From an uncultured delta proteobacterium (lineage in GTDB: Bacteria; Myxococcota_A; Polyangia; Fen-1088): 64,000 bases of DNA. Position 1 is the first letter of the stretch. Each line of letters begins with the position of its first letter. The notes under the pieces are model-generated. The model was given only the letters and a program-made list of their open reading frames with translations, did no database searches and had not been told where the DNA came from. Below are positions 18,779 to 30,081 of the stretch, in pieces. A program made the position numbers and the translations under genes. The stretch spans positions 480,001 to 544,000 of the forward strand of contig CAWCMR010000025.1 in assembly GCA_963796685.1 (NCBI GenBank), written 5' to 3'.

Positions 18779-19741
18779 ATGCGCAAGCAGATTTATTGCT
18801 CAGGTTGTTCGGTCGTCGGTATGGCCTTCCTCTCTGGACTGGCCGCTTGTGCGAGCAGCCCTAGCCAGGACAGCGGTCAACCGGACTCGACAGCCACGCT
18901 AAGCGATGCGGGCTGCATCATCGGAGACCCGAACGCCACCTACGTCCTGATCGACGACATGGAGACAACGACCCACGGGCCCATCGAGCTCGACACGGGC
19001 ATCGATTCGCCGCTGTCGCCGGGCTACTGGTACAACAGCGGCGCGAGCTACCTTTCCGACGCGGGAGCTAACACGTCGAACGACACGTCGAGCCCGCCGC
19101 AACTTTCGTTCGTCTTCAGCGCGCTCCCCACGCCGACGACCACGTTTAATTGCAAGGCCAGCGCACACGCGGCCCGTCAGTCCTGTACGCTCAACGGCCT
19201 CTACGATACCTGTGGCGTCGGCTTCGAGTTTGCCCAGGTGCCCGACGCAGATGCGGGTGCCCCCAGCAACACGTCGGCGGGCGACGCTGGCGACGCCGGA
19301 CCACCCATCCCCATGGTCACCGTCCCATTCGACATCAGCCGCTACAAGGCCATCACGTTCTGGGGAATGACGACCACGCCTGATCCGACGGCGGGCTCGA
19401 TGCAGGTCAAGGTCCAGTTTCCTGACACGGATACCGACCCGCGCGGCCAGATATGCAACGGCGGCGGCGGGAATACTTCGAAGTGCTACAACAGTTATGC
19501 TGCGTATTTGAACTTCACGACCAGCTGGCAAGAGTTCACCGTATTGCTGGATGCCGGCAAGGGCGGTGTTCCCCCCGCTGGCGGCATCGCCATCGATACG
19601 ACGTGGGGTTACCAACAGGCGCAGTGGCTCCCCACCCAGGTCTACGGCATCAACTGGCAGGCCCAGAGGAACATCGCACCGGAGGCAGGCCCTCCCCTGA
19701 AGACCGAAATCTGGGTCGACGACGTGTACTTCGTAGAGTGA
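18779..19741 (+). CDS. Lipoprotein with CBM11/galactose-binding-like domain (myxobacterial type)
   Basis: Lipobox LAAC; LIDDME, DISRYKAITFW, TDPRG, WQEFTV, IWVDDVYF. Confidence 0.72.
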   Translation: MRKQIYCSGCSVVGMAFLSGLAACASSPSQDSGQPDSTATLSDAGCIIGDPNATYVLIDDMETTTHGPIELDTGIDSPLSPGYWYNSGASYLSDAGANTSNDTSSPPQLSFVFSALPTPTTTFNCKASAHAARQSCTLNGLYDTCGVGFEFAQVPDADAGAPSNTSAGDAGDAGPPIPMVTVPFDISRYKAITFWGMTTTPDPTAGSMQVKVQFPDTDTDPRGQICNGGGGNTSKCYNSYAAYLNFTTSWQEFTVLLDAGKGGVPPAGGIAIDTTWGYQQAQWLPTQVYGINWQAQRNIAPEAGPPLKTEIWVDDVYFVE

Positions 19742-19810
19742 TCCCGTGCCCTGGCGCGGGATCGGGGCGCGCCTTTGCCCACTTTCCCCCGACGTGGCAT
19801 CCTGTGCGCG

Positions 19811-20863
<1,053 letters not shown>

Positions 20864-20867
20864 AGCC

Positions 20868-21820
<953 letters not shown>

Positions 21821-21821
<1 letters not shown>

Positions 21822-23980
21822 TGCACTTCCTCGCGCCCTCCCTGCTGCTCGGTGTTGTAGCCGCGGCCTTGCCCTACCTCATCCACCGCGTGGGACGGCG
21901 GCGTGCGATGCCGGTGCGCTTCGCGGCCATGCAGCTGCTCTTGCGCTCGGAGCGTCGGGTGCAAGCACGGCGAAGGCTGCGCGAAATCCTACTCATGCTC
22001 GCGCGGACGGCAGCGGCGGCCAGCCTGCCCTTGATCTTCGCGCGGCCCTTCTCCGAACGCGCCACCGATCTGCCGGTGGTGACCTTGGATTCCCAGGCGG
22101 CGGTCATCGTCCTCGACGATTCGGCCAGCATGCAGCGCCTGAGCGGTAGCGGCACGCTCTTCGGGCGAGCCAGGTCGCGCGCCCAGGCGCTGGCGCGCCA
22201 GTTTCCCTCGGACTCGGAGCTGGCCTTCCTGCTAACCTCTGCCGGTTCGCCGCCACGCATCGGCGAGCTCGAGCCCGACCGCGCGCGCGTGGTCGAGAGC
22301 ATCGAAGCCGCACGATGCTCGGCGCGGCCCGCGGATTTCACTGCGGCCATGCGCCAGGCCGCGCTCATCCTCGCCGGCTCGTCCCGCGCGCACAAACGCA
22401 TCTACCTTTTCACCGACTTGCAGGCCACCGGGTGGGAGGACGGCGCGGGGCTGCCGGCCGAGGGCGCGCCGGAGGTCATCATCGACGACGTCGCGGCAGG
22501 CGTGACCTTGGAGAACCGGGCGGTCGTCGAGGCGCGGGTGGAGCCGTCGCCCGAAGGCGGGCCGGGCGGGATCGCGGTGACCGCCGAGATCGCGGACTGG
22601 TCCGCGCGGGGGACGCCGGCGCTGGGGGTGACCCTGCGCGTGGACGGCGTGGCCATCGCGCAAGGGGCGGTCGAGCTCTCTGCCGGCGGCCACGCGCGCA
22701 AACGCTTCCTGGCCAGCCTGCCCGGCGCCAGTGGCTCTTCGCACGACCTCGTGGTCGAAATCGACAAGGATGCCTTTCCCCTCGACGATCGCCGGCAGAT
22801 GCACCTGGAAATGGCGCGCACCTTGCGCATCCTGTGCGTCGACGGCGACCCGCGCACCACGCGCAACGAGGACGAAGCCTTCTTCTTCGACGCGGCCTTG
22901 CGCAACGGGATCCCCGACGCGCTGGTGACCACCAAGCTGGTGGACGACGTCACCGCGGACAGCCTCGGCGCCTACACCGTCATCGCGCTGCTGAATGTCG
23001 CACGCCCCTCGCAGGCGCTGGCCGCGGCCATCGAGAAGTTCGTCGAGGCTGGTGGCGGGCTGTTCGTTTCCATGGGGGATCGCGTGGACGCCACGCTGTG
23101 GAACGAGCGCATGGCGAAGCTTCTGCCTCAGCCCCTCGGCCTGGTGCGCACGGCGTCCGCGCTGCCCGGACAGCACTCGGGCGAGACCATCGACGAACGC
23201 CCGGCCGAGCGCTTGCTTCCCCTCGACCGTCGCCACCCCCTGCTGTCGGTCTTTCCCGAGCAGGGCGAGGGATTGGTGTCGGCGCGCTTCTTCAAGTACG
23301 TGCTGCTCGATCCCGTGCGCGACACGGCCGCGCGCGACGTGATCCTGCGCTACGAGAGCGGCGCGCCGGCCCTGGTCGAGCGCCAGGTCGGCAAGGGGCG
23401 GGTCATCCTGCTCACCACCACCGTGGATCGCGATTGGACCGACCTGCCCATCCGCGCAGGGTTTCTGCCCCTGGTGCGCGAAACAGCCCGCTACCTGGTC
23501 GGCGCCAGCGACGAGGACAGCGCCGCCACGCTGCTCGTCGGCGAGCCGCGCATGCTCACCTTCACGGGCGATATGCAGATCCTCGAAGTCACGCGGCCCG
23601 ACGGCTCGGTCTGGGTGGGCAAGCGCGAGCAGGCCGGCGCCGACCATGTCTTGTCCTTCACCGGCACCGACCAGATCGGTCTGTACCGCGTCCGCGGCGC
23701 GAACGCCGACGGCACGTTCACCCGCCAGTCGGCGCAGGACTTCGCCGTCAACCTGGATCCACGCGAGTCCGATCCCACGCTTCTTCCGCCCGACAAGCGC
23801 CCCGATCGCATCGCGGTCAAGACCGGCTCTGGCAAGCCGCCCAAGCACCGGGTCGAGCTTTGGCACGTCCTATCGGCCGCGCTCATTCTCCTTTTGCTCG
23901 CGGAATCGATCTTGACCCTGCGTGGGCGGCGCACCGTCGCCGCGGAAGAGCCTGCCCAAACCAGCGTCGAGACGAAATAG
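21821..23980 (+). CDS. BatA/vWA domain membrane protein
   Basis: MHFLAP...LPYLIH BatA N-terminus; DDSASM, FTDLQ; AVNLDPRESD; C-terminal TM. Confidence 0.9.
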
Positions 23981-25088
23981 GACCCGGGGGCTCCTCCTTG
24001 ACGACAACGCTTCCTTGCCTACTTTCCTGGCCGGCTCCGAGCAATCGCAGCCAGCGGTAGTGCGAGCCCAAGGCCTTGGCTGCGGTCGGGTGGGCGACGT
24101 AGCGCACGCCGTGCTTCAGGCACACGCGCTCGACGATCTTCGACAGGGCCGGGTAGTGGGTGTGGCAGACCCGCGGAAACAGGTGGTGCTCGATCTGGAA
24201 GTTGAGCCCGCCGATGAACCAGGTGAGGGGACCGTTGTGGCGCGCGAAATCCACCGTGGACTCGACCTGGTGGGTCGCCCAATCGCAGCTCAGGGCGTGG
24301 CCAGGGAGCGGCGGGGGGGCGAATTTCGCCTCGCCGAGGCAGTGCGCCAGCTGGAACACGACACCGAGAAGAAGGCCCAGCATCGCGCCGGTGAGAAGGA
24401 AGAACGCGACCACGCGTAGCCAGGGATGGAAGAACATGGGCAGGCCGAGCGCCAGCCCGAAGAAGAGGATCTTGCCGGCCCAGAACAGCGCGTGCTCGCC
24501 CGCGGGCGGACGCGGAACACGCGTGTCGGCGACGCCGGGTTTGACGATGGAGCGAAAATCGTCCAGCAGTTGCCACTTGATGGCCAGCAACGCGTACAGC
24601 AGCCAAACGTAGAGGTGTTGGAAACGGTGAAAACCGCGGCGCCGATCGTGGGGGGTCAGCCGTCCGAGGAAGCCCAGGTAGACGTCGTCGTCCGAGCCCG
24701 CGATGTTGGGATAGCTGTGGTGGGCAATGGCGTGTTTGTAGCGCCAGAAGTACGAGCTCCCGCCGAGCAGATCCAGACTGAAGGCCATCCCGCGGTTGAC
24801 CCTGGACGACGTCGCGTAGGCGCGATGACCGCCCTCGTGCTGCACGTTGAAGCCCACGCCGGCCATGGCGCAGGCAAGCGAGACGGTGGTCAGCACGGCC
24901 AACCACGGTTGGCTGACGACGAAGACCAGCAGCCAGTACGACCCGGCCAGCCACGCGCCGAGCACGGCCGTCTTGAGCCACAGGGCGCGCGAACCCTGGC
25001 GCGGGATACCACCGCGCTCGAAGAAGACCGCGGCCTCCGCATCCAGATCATCGCGGAAGGACGTGCGGGGCGCATAGGTAATGGCCAT
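23883..25088 (-). CDS. Fatty acid (acyl-CoA) desaturase
   Basis: His boxes HEGGH, HAIAHH, QIEHHLFP. 3' end uncertain (98-bp convergent overlap). Confidence 0.92.
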   Translation of the reverse strand: MAITYAPRTSFRDDLDAEAAVFFERGGIPRQGSRALWLKTAVLGAWLAGSYWLLVFVVSQPWLAVLTTVSLACAMAGVGFNVQHEGGHRAYATSSRVNRGMAFSLDLLGGSSYFWRYKHAIAHHSYPNIAGSDDDVYLGFLGRLTPHDRRRGFHRFQHLYVWLLYALLAIKWQLLDDFRSIVKPGVADTRVPRPPAGEHALFWAGKILFFGLALGLPMFFHPWLRVVAFFLLTGAMLGLLLGVVFQLAHCLGEAKFAPPPLPGHALSCDWATHQVESTVDFARHNGPLTWFIGGLNFQIEHHLFPRVCHTHYPALSKIVERVCLKHGVRYVAHPTAAKALGSHYRWLRLLGAGQESRQGSVVVKEEPPGPISSRRWFGQALPRRRCAAHAGSRSIPRAKGE

Positions 25089-25209
25089 GGGTGGGCGAGC
25101 TTACGCGCAAACAGGATGGATTTGGTCTGCTTTCGCGAATGCCTTGTCCTTTCAGGTACCTGGGCGAAGATGCCCTGGTCAGGGGCGCGTTTGCGACTAG
25201 ACTTTTCCC

Positions 25210-25761
25210 ATGACCTGCAAGAGCAAGGGACTCATGAGCGCGCGGCTGCTCGGCGCGGCCGCGCTGGGATTGCTGGTGGCTTGCGCGTCCGCGGGCGCGG
25301 CCAAGGGCCCGGATGCCCCGCTGCCGGCCGGCAGCGCCCTACCCGACCTCACGGGGATCGACCAGAATGGCCACCCCGTCCATCTCAAGGCCCTGCAAGG
25401 CAAGCCCTTGCTCGTCTTCTTCTACCCCAAGGCCGGAACCCCGGGGTGCACCAAGGAAGCCTGCGCCATTCGCGACGTCTGGCAACAGTACGAGACGGCG
25501 GGCATTCGCGTGGTGGGCGTATCCCACGACACGGTCGCGGATCAGGCGGCCTTCTCCCGCGAGCACGGCTTTCAGTTTCCGCTCGTCTCCGATGTCGACG
25601 GGCGATGGGGCAAGGCCTTCGGTGTTCCCCTGCACCTGTGGAAGTACTACTCGCGCGTCAGCTTTCTCGTCGGGCGCAATGGCGTCATCGCCAAGACGTA
25701 TCTCGATGTCGATCCCGGCGTGCATGCGACCCAGGTCCTCGCCGACGCCAAGGGACTCTGA
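25210..25761 (+). CDS. bcp: Peroxiredoxin (BCP/PrxQ), probably a lipoprotein
   Basis: FFYPKAGTPGCTKEAC; lipobox-like LVAC. Confidence 0.9.
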   Translation: MTCKSKGLMSARLLGAAALGLLVACASAGAAKGPDAPLPAGSALPDLTGIDQNGHPVHLKALQGKPLLVFFYPKAGTPGCTKEACAIRDVWQQYETAGIRVVGVSHDTVADQAAFSREHGFQFPLVSDVDGRWGKAFGVPLHLWKYYSRVSFLVGRNGVIAKTYLDVDPGVHATQVLADAKGL

Positions 25762-25771
25762 GGGGCTGCGG

Positions 25772-26131
25772 CTAGCGCCTGCCGTACTGGCCCGTCGCCA
25801 CGTTGACCACGGCGCCCGCCTCGAAGATCACATAGCGGGTGAACGACTGCGGTCCCATGTCGTAGGTCCATTCGGTGATGGGGATCTCGACCTCCTGTTC
25901 CTCGACCACCGACTCCTCGACGTCGCCCACGCGACGGGTGAACCGGTGCTTCACCTTGCGCTTCTCCACCCGTTCGGCCACGGCGTCCGGCTCGCCACAT
26001 CGATCGAGCACGTCGGACATGCGGTCGCCCACGGACACCAGCCGACGGGTCTTGCAGCGAAAGCCATCGTCAGCCAGCGCGGGTCCGGCCAGGATCACGA
26101 GCAACGGTACTAGCGCGAGCGAAATGCGCAT
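25772..26131 (-). CDS. DUF2845-family exported protein
   Basis: Signal peptide, FRC...LVSVGD...CGEP, EWTYDMGPQSF. Confidence 0.85.
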   Translation of the reverse strand: MRISLALVPLLVILAGPALADDGFRCKTRRLVSVGDRMSDVLDRCGEPDAVAERVEKRKVKHRFTRRVGDVEESVVEEQEVEIPITEWTYDMGPQSFTRYVIFEAGAVVNVATGQYGRR

Positions 26132-26218
26132 GGTTCCCCCCTGGGGCATTGGGACGTCTTTCGTGGGCCGGATATTCATTCCCAGCCAGGTGCTAGACTG
26201 CTTCGCCTCCGACCGCCC

Positions 26219-27262
26219 ATGACCCCGAACGACCACCGCGACAGCGACTTCATCGAGACCCTCGTCAAGCTGGCCTCGACGCTGGGGTTGAACGGGACGC
26301 GGGTGCGTTGGAAGCTCCTGCATTGGCAAAAGGCATTGCAAGAGTGGCGCCAGCGAGCACGGAGCGAAATTCCCCACGTGGGTTACCGACACGCGGTCTG
26401 TCCGCAGTGCGGACAGGTGCAGGATCGGCACGAACGGCGCTGCGTAAACTGCAGTGCCGTGCTGGGGGGACGTACCTGGCAGCTCGTGAATCGCATAGGA
26501 CTGGTCGTGCCCACGGCGCTCTCCGTCAGCACCCTGCTGGGCATGATCATCGCCATCGCCTACTTGCGCCTCATGATCGCGCGGCCTGGTACGGGCTATT
26601 TCAGCGTGCCCGGCGACGACCTCATCTACCTTGGGGCTTACTACCTGCCCGCCCTGCGCGCCGGGCAACTTTGGCGGCACGCCACCGCCATCTTCCTTCA
26701 TATCGGGCTCATCCATCTCGCCTTCAACATGGTGGCCTTGGCCCAGATCGGCCCGGCCGTCGAGGAAGTTTTCGGCCGAGCCCGCATGCTGTTTCTGTTC
26801 ATGCTCACGGGTATTCTCGGCTTCGCGGCCTGCCAGGCCATGGACATGGTCGCCCTTTCCGCGGGCGCGTCCGGCGCCATCATGGGGCTCATCGGCGCCG
26901 CGGCGGGCTGGGGACAGCGGGACGGTACCGGCGTGGGAAGGGGCGTGCGCAATCAGATGCTCAAATGGGCCATCTACACCATGATTTTCGGTGTCATGGT
27001 TCACGCCAACAACGTCGCGCACGCGGCGGGATTTCTGTCCGGCGGAGTCTTCGGCTTCCTCACGCCGGCGCGCTGGTTGCGGCGCGGGCTTTTGCGTGGC
27101 TCCGATATGGCCATCGGAGCGCTGGCCGTGGCCGCGCTGGTCGTGTCTTTCGGGTTGGTTTTGCACCCGCCCAAAACCTCCGAAGCTTGGGCCAAGTCCT
27201 ACGGCGCGGCTCTTCGCGCCTACCACCAGCCGGCACCACCACCGACGGACGAATCCGAGTAG
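26219..27262 (+). CDS. Rhomboid intramembrane serine protease with N-terminal zinc ribbon
   Basis: CPQC...CVNC; WR, FLHIGLIHLAFN, GASG, AHAAG. Confidence 0.92.
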   Translation: MTPNDHRDSDFIETLVKLASTLGLNGTRVRWKLLHWQKALQEWRQRARSEIPHVGYRHAVCPQCGQVQDRHERRCVNCSAVLGGRTWQLVNRIGLVVPTALSVSTLLGMIIAIAYLRLMIARPGTGYFSVPGDDLIYLGAYYLPALRAGQLWRHATAIFLHIGLIHLAFNMVALAQIGPAVEEVFGRARMLFLFMLTGILGFAACQAMDMVALSAGASGAIMGLIGAAAGWGQRDGTGVGRGVRNQMLKWAIYTMIFGVMVHANNVAHAAGFLSGGVFGFLTPARWLRRGLLRGSDMAIGALAVAALVVSFGLVLHPPKTSEAWAKSYGAALRAYHQPAPPPTDESE

Positions 27263-27274
27263 TCTCTACGATAG

Positions 27275-27652
27275 CTAGGCCAGCGCGCAGTCGCCCAGCA
27301 CCGTGCGCACGGCCTGGCCAAGCTCTTGAACCAGCGCGCTCTTGGTGACGAAACCGTGCGCGCCCGCCCGCCGTGCGAGCGTGGCATACGGCGATTCGGG
27401 CAGCGAGCTGATGATGATCACCGGCAATCCGGGCCTCGAGGTGCGCAACTCCTTGAGGACATCGATGCCGCCGCAGCCGGGAAGGCGCAAATCGAGCAGC
27501 ACCAAGTCGAAGGTGCGCTCGGCCACCAGGGCCAGTCCCTCCTCACCGGACGAGGCCGCGGTCATTTCCGCATGGGGAACGGCGGCTGCCAAAAGCTCGC
27601 CGATGCGCTGGCTGACTGCCGGATGATCGTCGACGAGAAGGATTCTCTTCAT
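27275..27652 (-). CDS. Single-domain response regulator
   Basis: ILLVDDH, LLDLRLPG, FVTK. Confidence 0.9.
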   Translation of the reverse strand: MKRILLVDDHPAVSQRIGELLAAAVPHAEMTAASSGEEGLALVAERTFDLVLLDLRLPGCGGIDVLKELRTSRPGLPVIIISSLPESPYATLARRAGAHGFVTKSALVQELGQAVRTVLGDCALA

Positions 27653-27781
27653 GGGTTGAGGTGCTGCTCCCATGATGACTACTTCGCCAGATTCGGCGCG
27701 TCACGTATGCCGGAAGGACTCCGAATTCGCTGTCAGGCTCGGTCCTACACGCCTGCGTCACAGGTCCGATACGCCGGGACC

Positions 27782-28438
27782 TCAATCGACCAATCCCTCA
27801 CGCAGGGCGTACTGGATCAGCTCTGCGTTGGTGCGCATCTGCATCTTTTCCAGTAGGCGCGTGCGGTAGGTGCTGACAGTCTTCTCCGACAGGGCCAAAT
27901 CGATGCCGATCTCCTTAACGGTCTTGCCCGCGGCCAGGGCGCGCAGAACCTCGAGCTCGCGGTCGGAAAGCCGCTCGTGTGCAGGCCGCGTGGTGTCGTT
28001 GCGCAGGCTCTTGGCCAGGGTCTCCGCCAGGCGAACACTGACATGGGTGCCCCCGGCCAGGACCTTGCGGACCGCGCCCGACAAGTCCTCGGCAGCGCTG
28101 TCTTTGTTGACGTAACCGGCGGCACCTGCACGCAGGGCTCGCAGGGCATAGTGATCCTCGGCGTGCATGCTGAGCACGAGCACCGGCACGGACGGCCGCA
28201 ACCGCTTGATCTCGCGAAGCGCATCCAGCCCACCGCGACCGGGAAGCGAGATGTCCAGCACCACCACATCCCAGTCCTCGCCCTGCAGCTGCTCGATGGC
28301 CTCGGATGGCTTGGCCGCCTCGCCGAAGCTCACCTTGCCCAGGGACTCGGTGAGAATGTCGCGCACGCCGCGCCGGACCACCGCATGATCGTCGACGAGG
28401 AGAATGCGAGTCACCGTGCGAGCCCTCCTGGTTCCCAT
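27782..28438 (-). CDS. NarL/LuxR-family response regulator
   Basis: REC domain plus LSDRELEVL...LSEKTVSTYR HTH. Alternative GTG start near 28414. Confidence 0.95.
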   Translation of the reverse strand: MGTRRARTVTRILLVDDHAVVRRGVRDILTESLGKVSFGEAAKPSEAIEQLQGEDWDVVVLDISLPGRGGLDALREIKRLRPSVPVLVLSMHAEDHYALRALRAGAAGYVNKDSAAEDLSGAVRKVLAGGTHVSVRLAETLAKSLRNDTTRPAHERLSDRELEVLRALAAGKTVKEIGIDLALSEKTVSTYRTRLLEKMQMRTNAELIQYALREGLVD

Positions 28439-28643
28439 GCGCCACCAAGATGGACGCGACGCTCATTCGCACTACGAGCAGACGTATGCCGCCGGCTCTC
28501 ATTCGGGGCAGCATTCCAACGGGTCGCCTCACTGTGCCGCGTTCCCCTCATCTCAAGAGTAAATATAGACCATCTCCAAGGTTTGCGGGCAGCAAACCCG
28601 AACGCGGAATTCGCGCAGTCCCAAAAGGAATTGACTGAATTTC

Positions 28644-29816
28644 CTAGTCGTGCCCCAGGTCGCCGTCTTGGCGCCCGGTCAGGTCGATCACGGGCCCGCC
28701 GGTGTCCTCGTCCTGCATCCCGTGCATGAGGCGCGCCCTGACTCGCATCACCTGGCGCTCCTTGTAGCGTTCGTGGCTGTTCTCGCCGAGCTCGTTGGCC
28801 TCCGAGGTACGCGCGTCGACGATCTGAAACTCCGTCAGCACGAAGACCACGTTGCCGGTTTCGGCGAAGATCGGATCGTCGGGCGCAAGCCCGAGCTGCT
28901 TGTCCACACGCACCGGCAAATCCGCGACGAAATTGACCACCCGATAGCTTGGTCCGGAAAACTCGTTGGCTTGCAGCGATCGCTTGTCCGGGGTCTCGTT
29001 CGAAAGCTCGAGAAAGTCGGCGAGGTGGCCGCGCAGGGTGGGGTTGCGCTCGACGAACGACTGCAAGTCGACGATGTCGTTCTGCGACTCGGCGGGGATG
29101 ACGTAGTTGAAGGGGACCAAGCGCTGCAAGAGCTCGCGCAGCACGAAGACGATCTCCTCCTCGGTACGCGTGATCATGCGAAAGCGCAGCTTGTCGTAGA
29201 CGTGGGCCGCGATGTTGTCGCGCTTGGCGAGCAGCTTGGTGATGAGGCTGTCCTGCTCCTTGCGGCTCCACTCGAACTCGACGATCTGGCAACCCGCGCC
29301 CTTCATCTCCTCGACGGTGCGCAGGACCTTGTCCTCGACGACCTGGAAGATCTGGTCCGCGCTGACGGCCAGCCGTGTCGCCAGCTCTCCTGCCGCGAGG
29401 TGGTGAAGCACGTGCATCACCTTGAGCACCACGCAGGCTTGGGTGCGACGCTTGCCCTTCTGGGACGCCACGAGCAGAAGGTCTCGCGCCGGCACCCGCA
29501 CGGCCACATCCTCGGATACCCGGAAGCCCAGGTAACGTTCGAGATACTCGATGGCCTGTTCGCGCAGATCCTCCAGGCGCGCGATATCGTCGGGGTTGCC
29601 GGGATCGATCTCGTTGATGCGTAGGAAGCGGTCGACCTGCTGGCGATCGGTGAAATACAGGCGGTGCCAATCGATGACCGAGCCGCCGCGCAAAAGGTTT
29701 CTGACCGCGGTGAGATCCACGCTGGCGAAGCCGGACACGCGTTCGAGGTCGGACGCGTCCCCCGCGGCGTCGGGGCGCCCGGATTGCGAAGAAGGTTCAG
29801 AGGTTACCAGCGTCAT
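28644..29816 (-). CDS. TIGR04552-family protein with RelA/SpoT synthetase-like motifs
   Basis: LLRGGSVIDWHRL family signature; RKEQDSLITK, YDKLRFR, SYRVVN, EFQIVD, ELGENSHERYK. Confidence 0.82.
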   Translation of the reverse strand: MTLVTSEPSSQSGRPDAAGDASDLERVSGFASVDLTAVRNLLRGGSVIDWHRLYFTDRQQVDRFLRINEIDPGNPDDIARLEDLREQAIEYLERYLGFRVSEDVAVRVPARDLLLVASQKGKRRTQACVVLKVMHVLHHLAAGELATRLAVSADQIFQVVEDKVLRTVEEMKGAGCQIVEFEWSRKEQDSLITKLLAKRDNIAAHVYDKLRFRMITRTEEEIVFVLRELLQRLVPFNYVIPAESQNDIVDLQSFVERNPTLRGHLADFLELSNETPDKRSLQANEFSGPSYRVVNFVADLPVRVDKQLGLAPDDPIFAETGNVVFVLTEFQIVDARTSEANELGENSHERYKERQVMRVRARLMHGMQDEDTGGPVIDLTGRQDGDLGHD

Positions 29817-30081
29817 GCAGCCCTAGCCATCGGCCAAAAGTGGCTGGGAGTGTAGGCGCACCGGCACGCACCGGCAAGGTGAATCCACCCAGCAATCGAC
29901 CCCTGTGAAGGTCGGCTGGGCTTGGTCGCGCGACGCCCTAGAGCTTGCCCCGGACGGGCTTACCAATGCGTAGCGTCGCAAGGAAGATGGCCACGGCACC
30001 GAGCGATGTAACGGCGCTTCCAATGACGGGAATTGTAGACATAGATATTACTATATCCTACATGTAGTCAGACGCAAGAAT

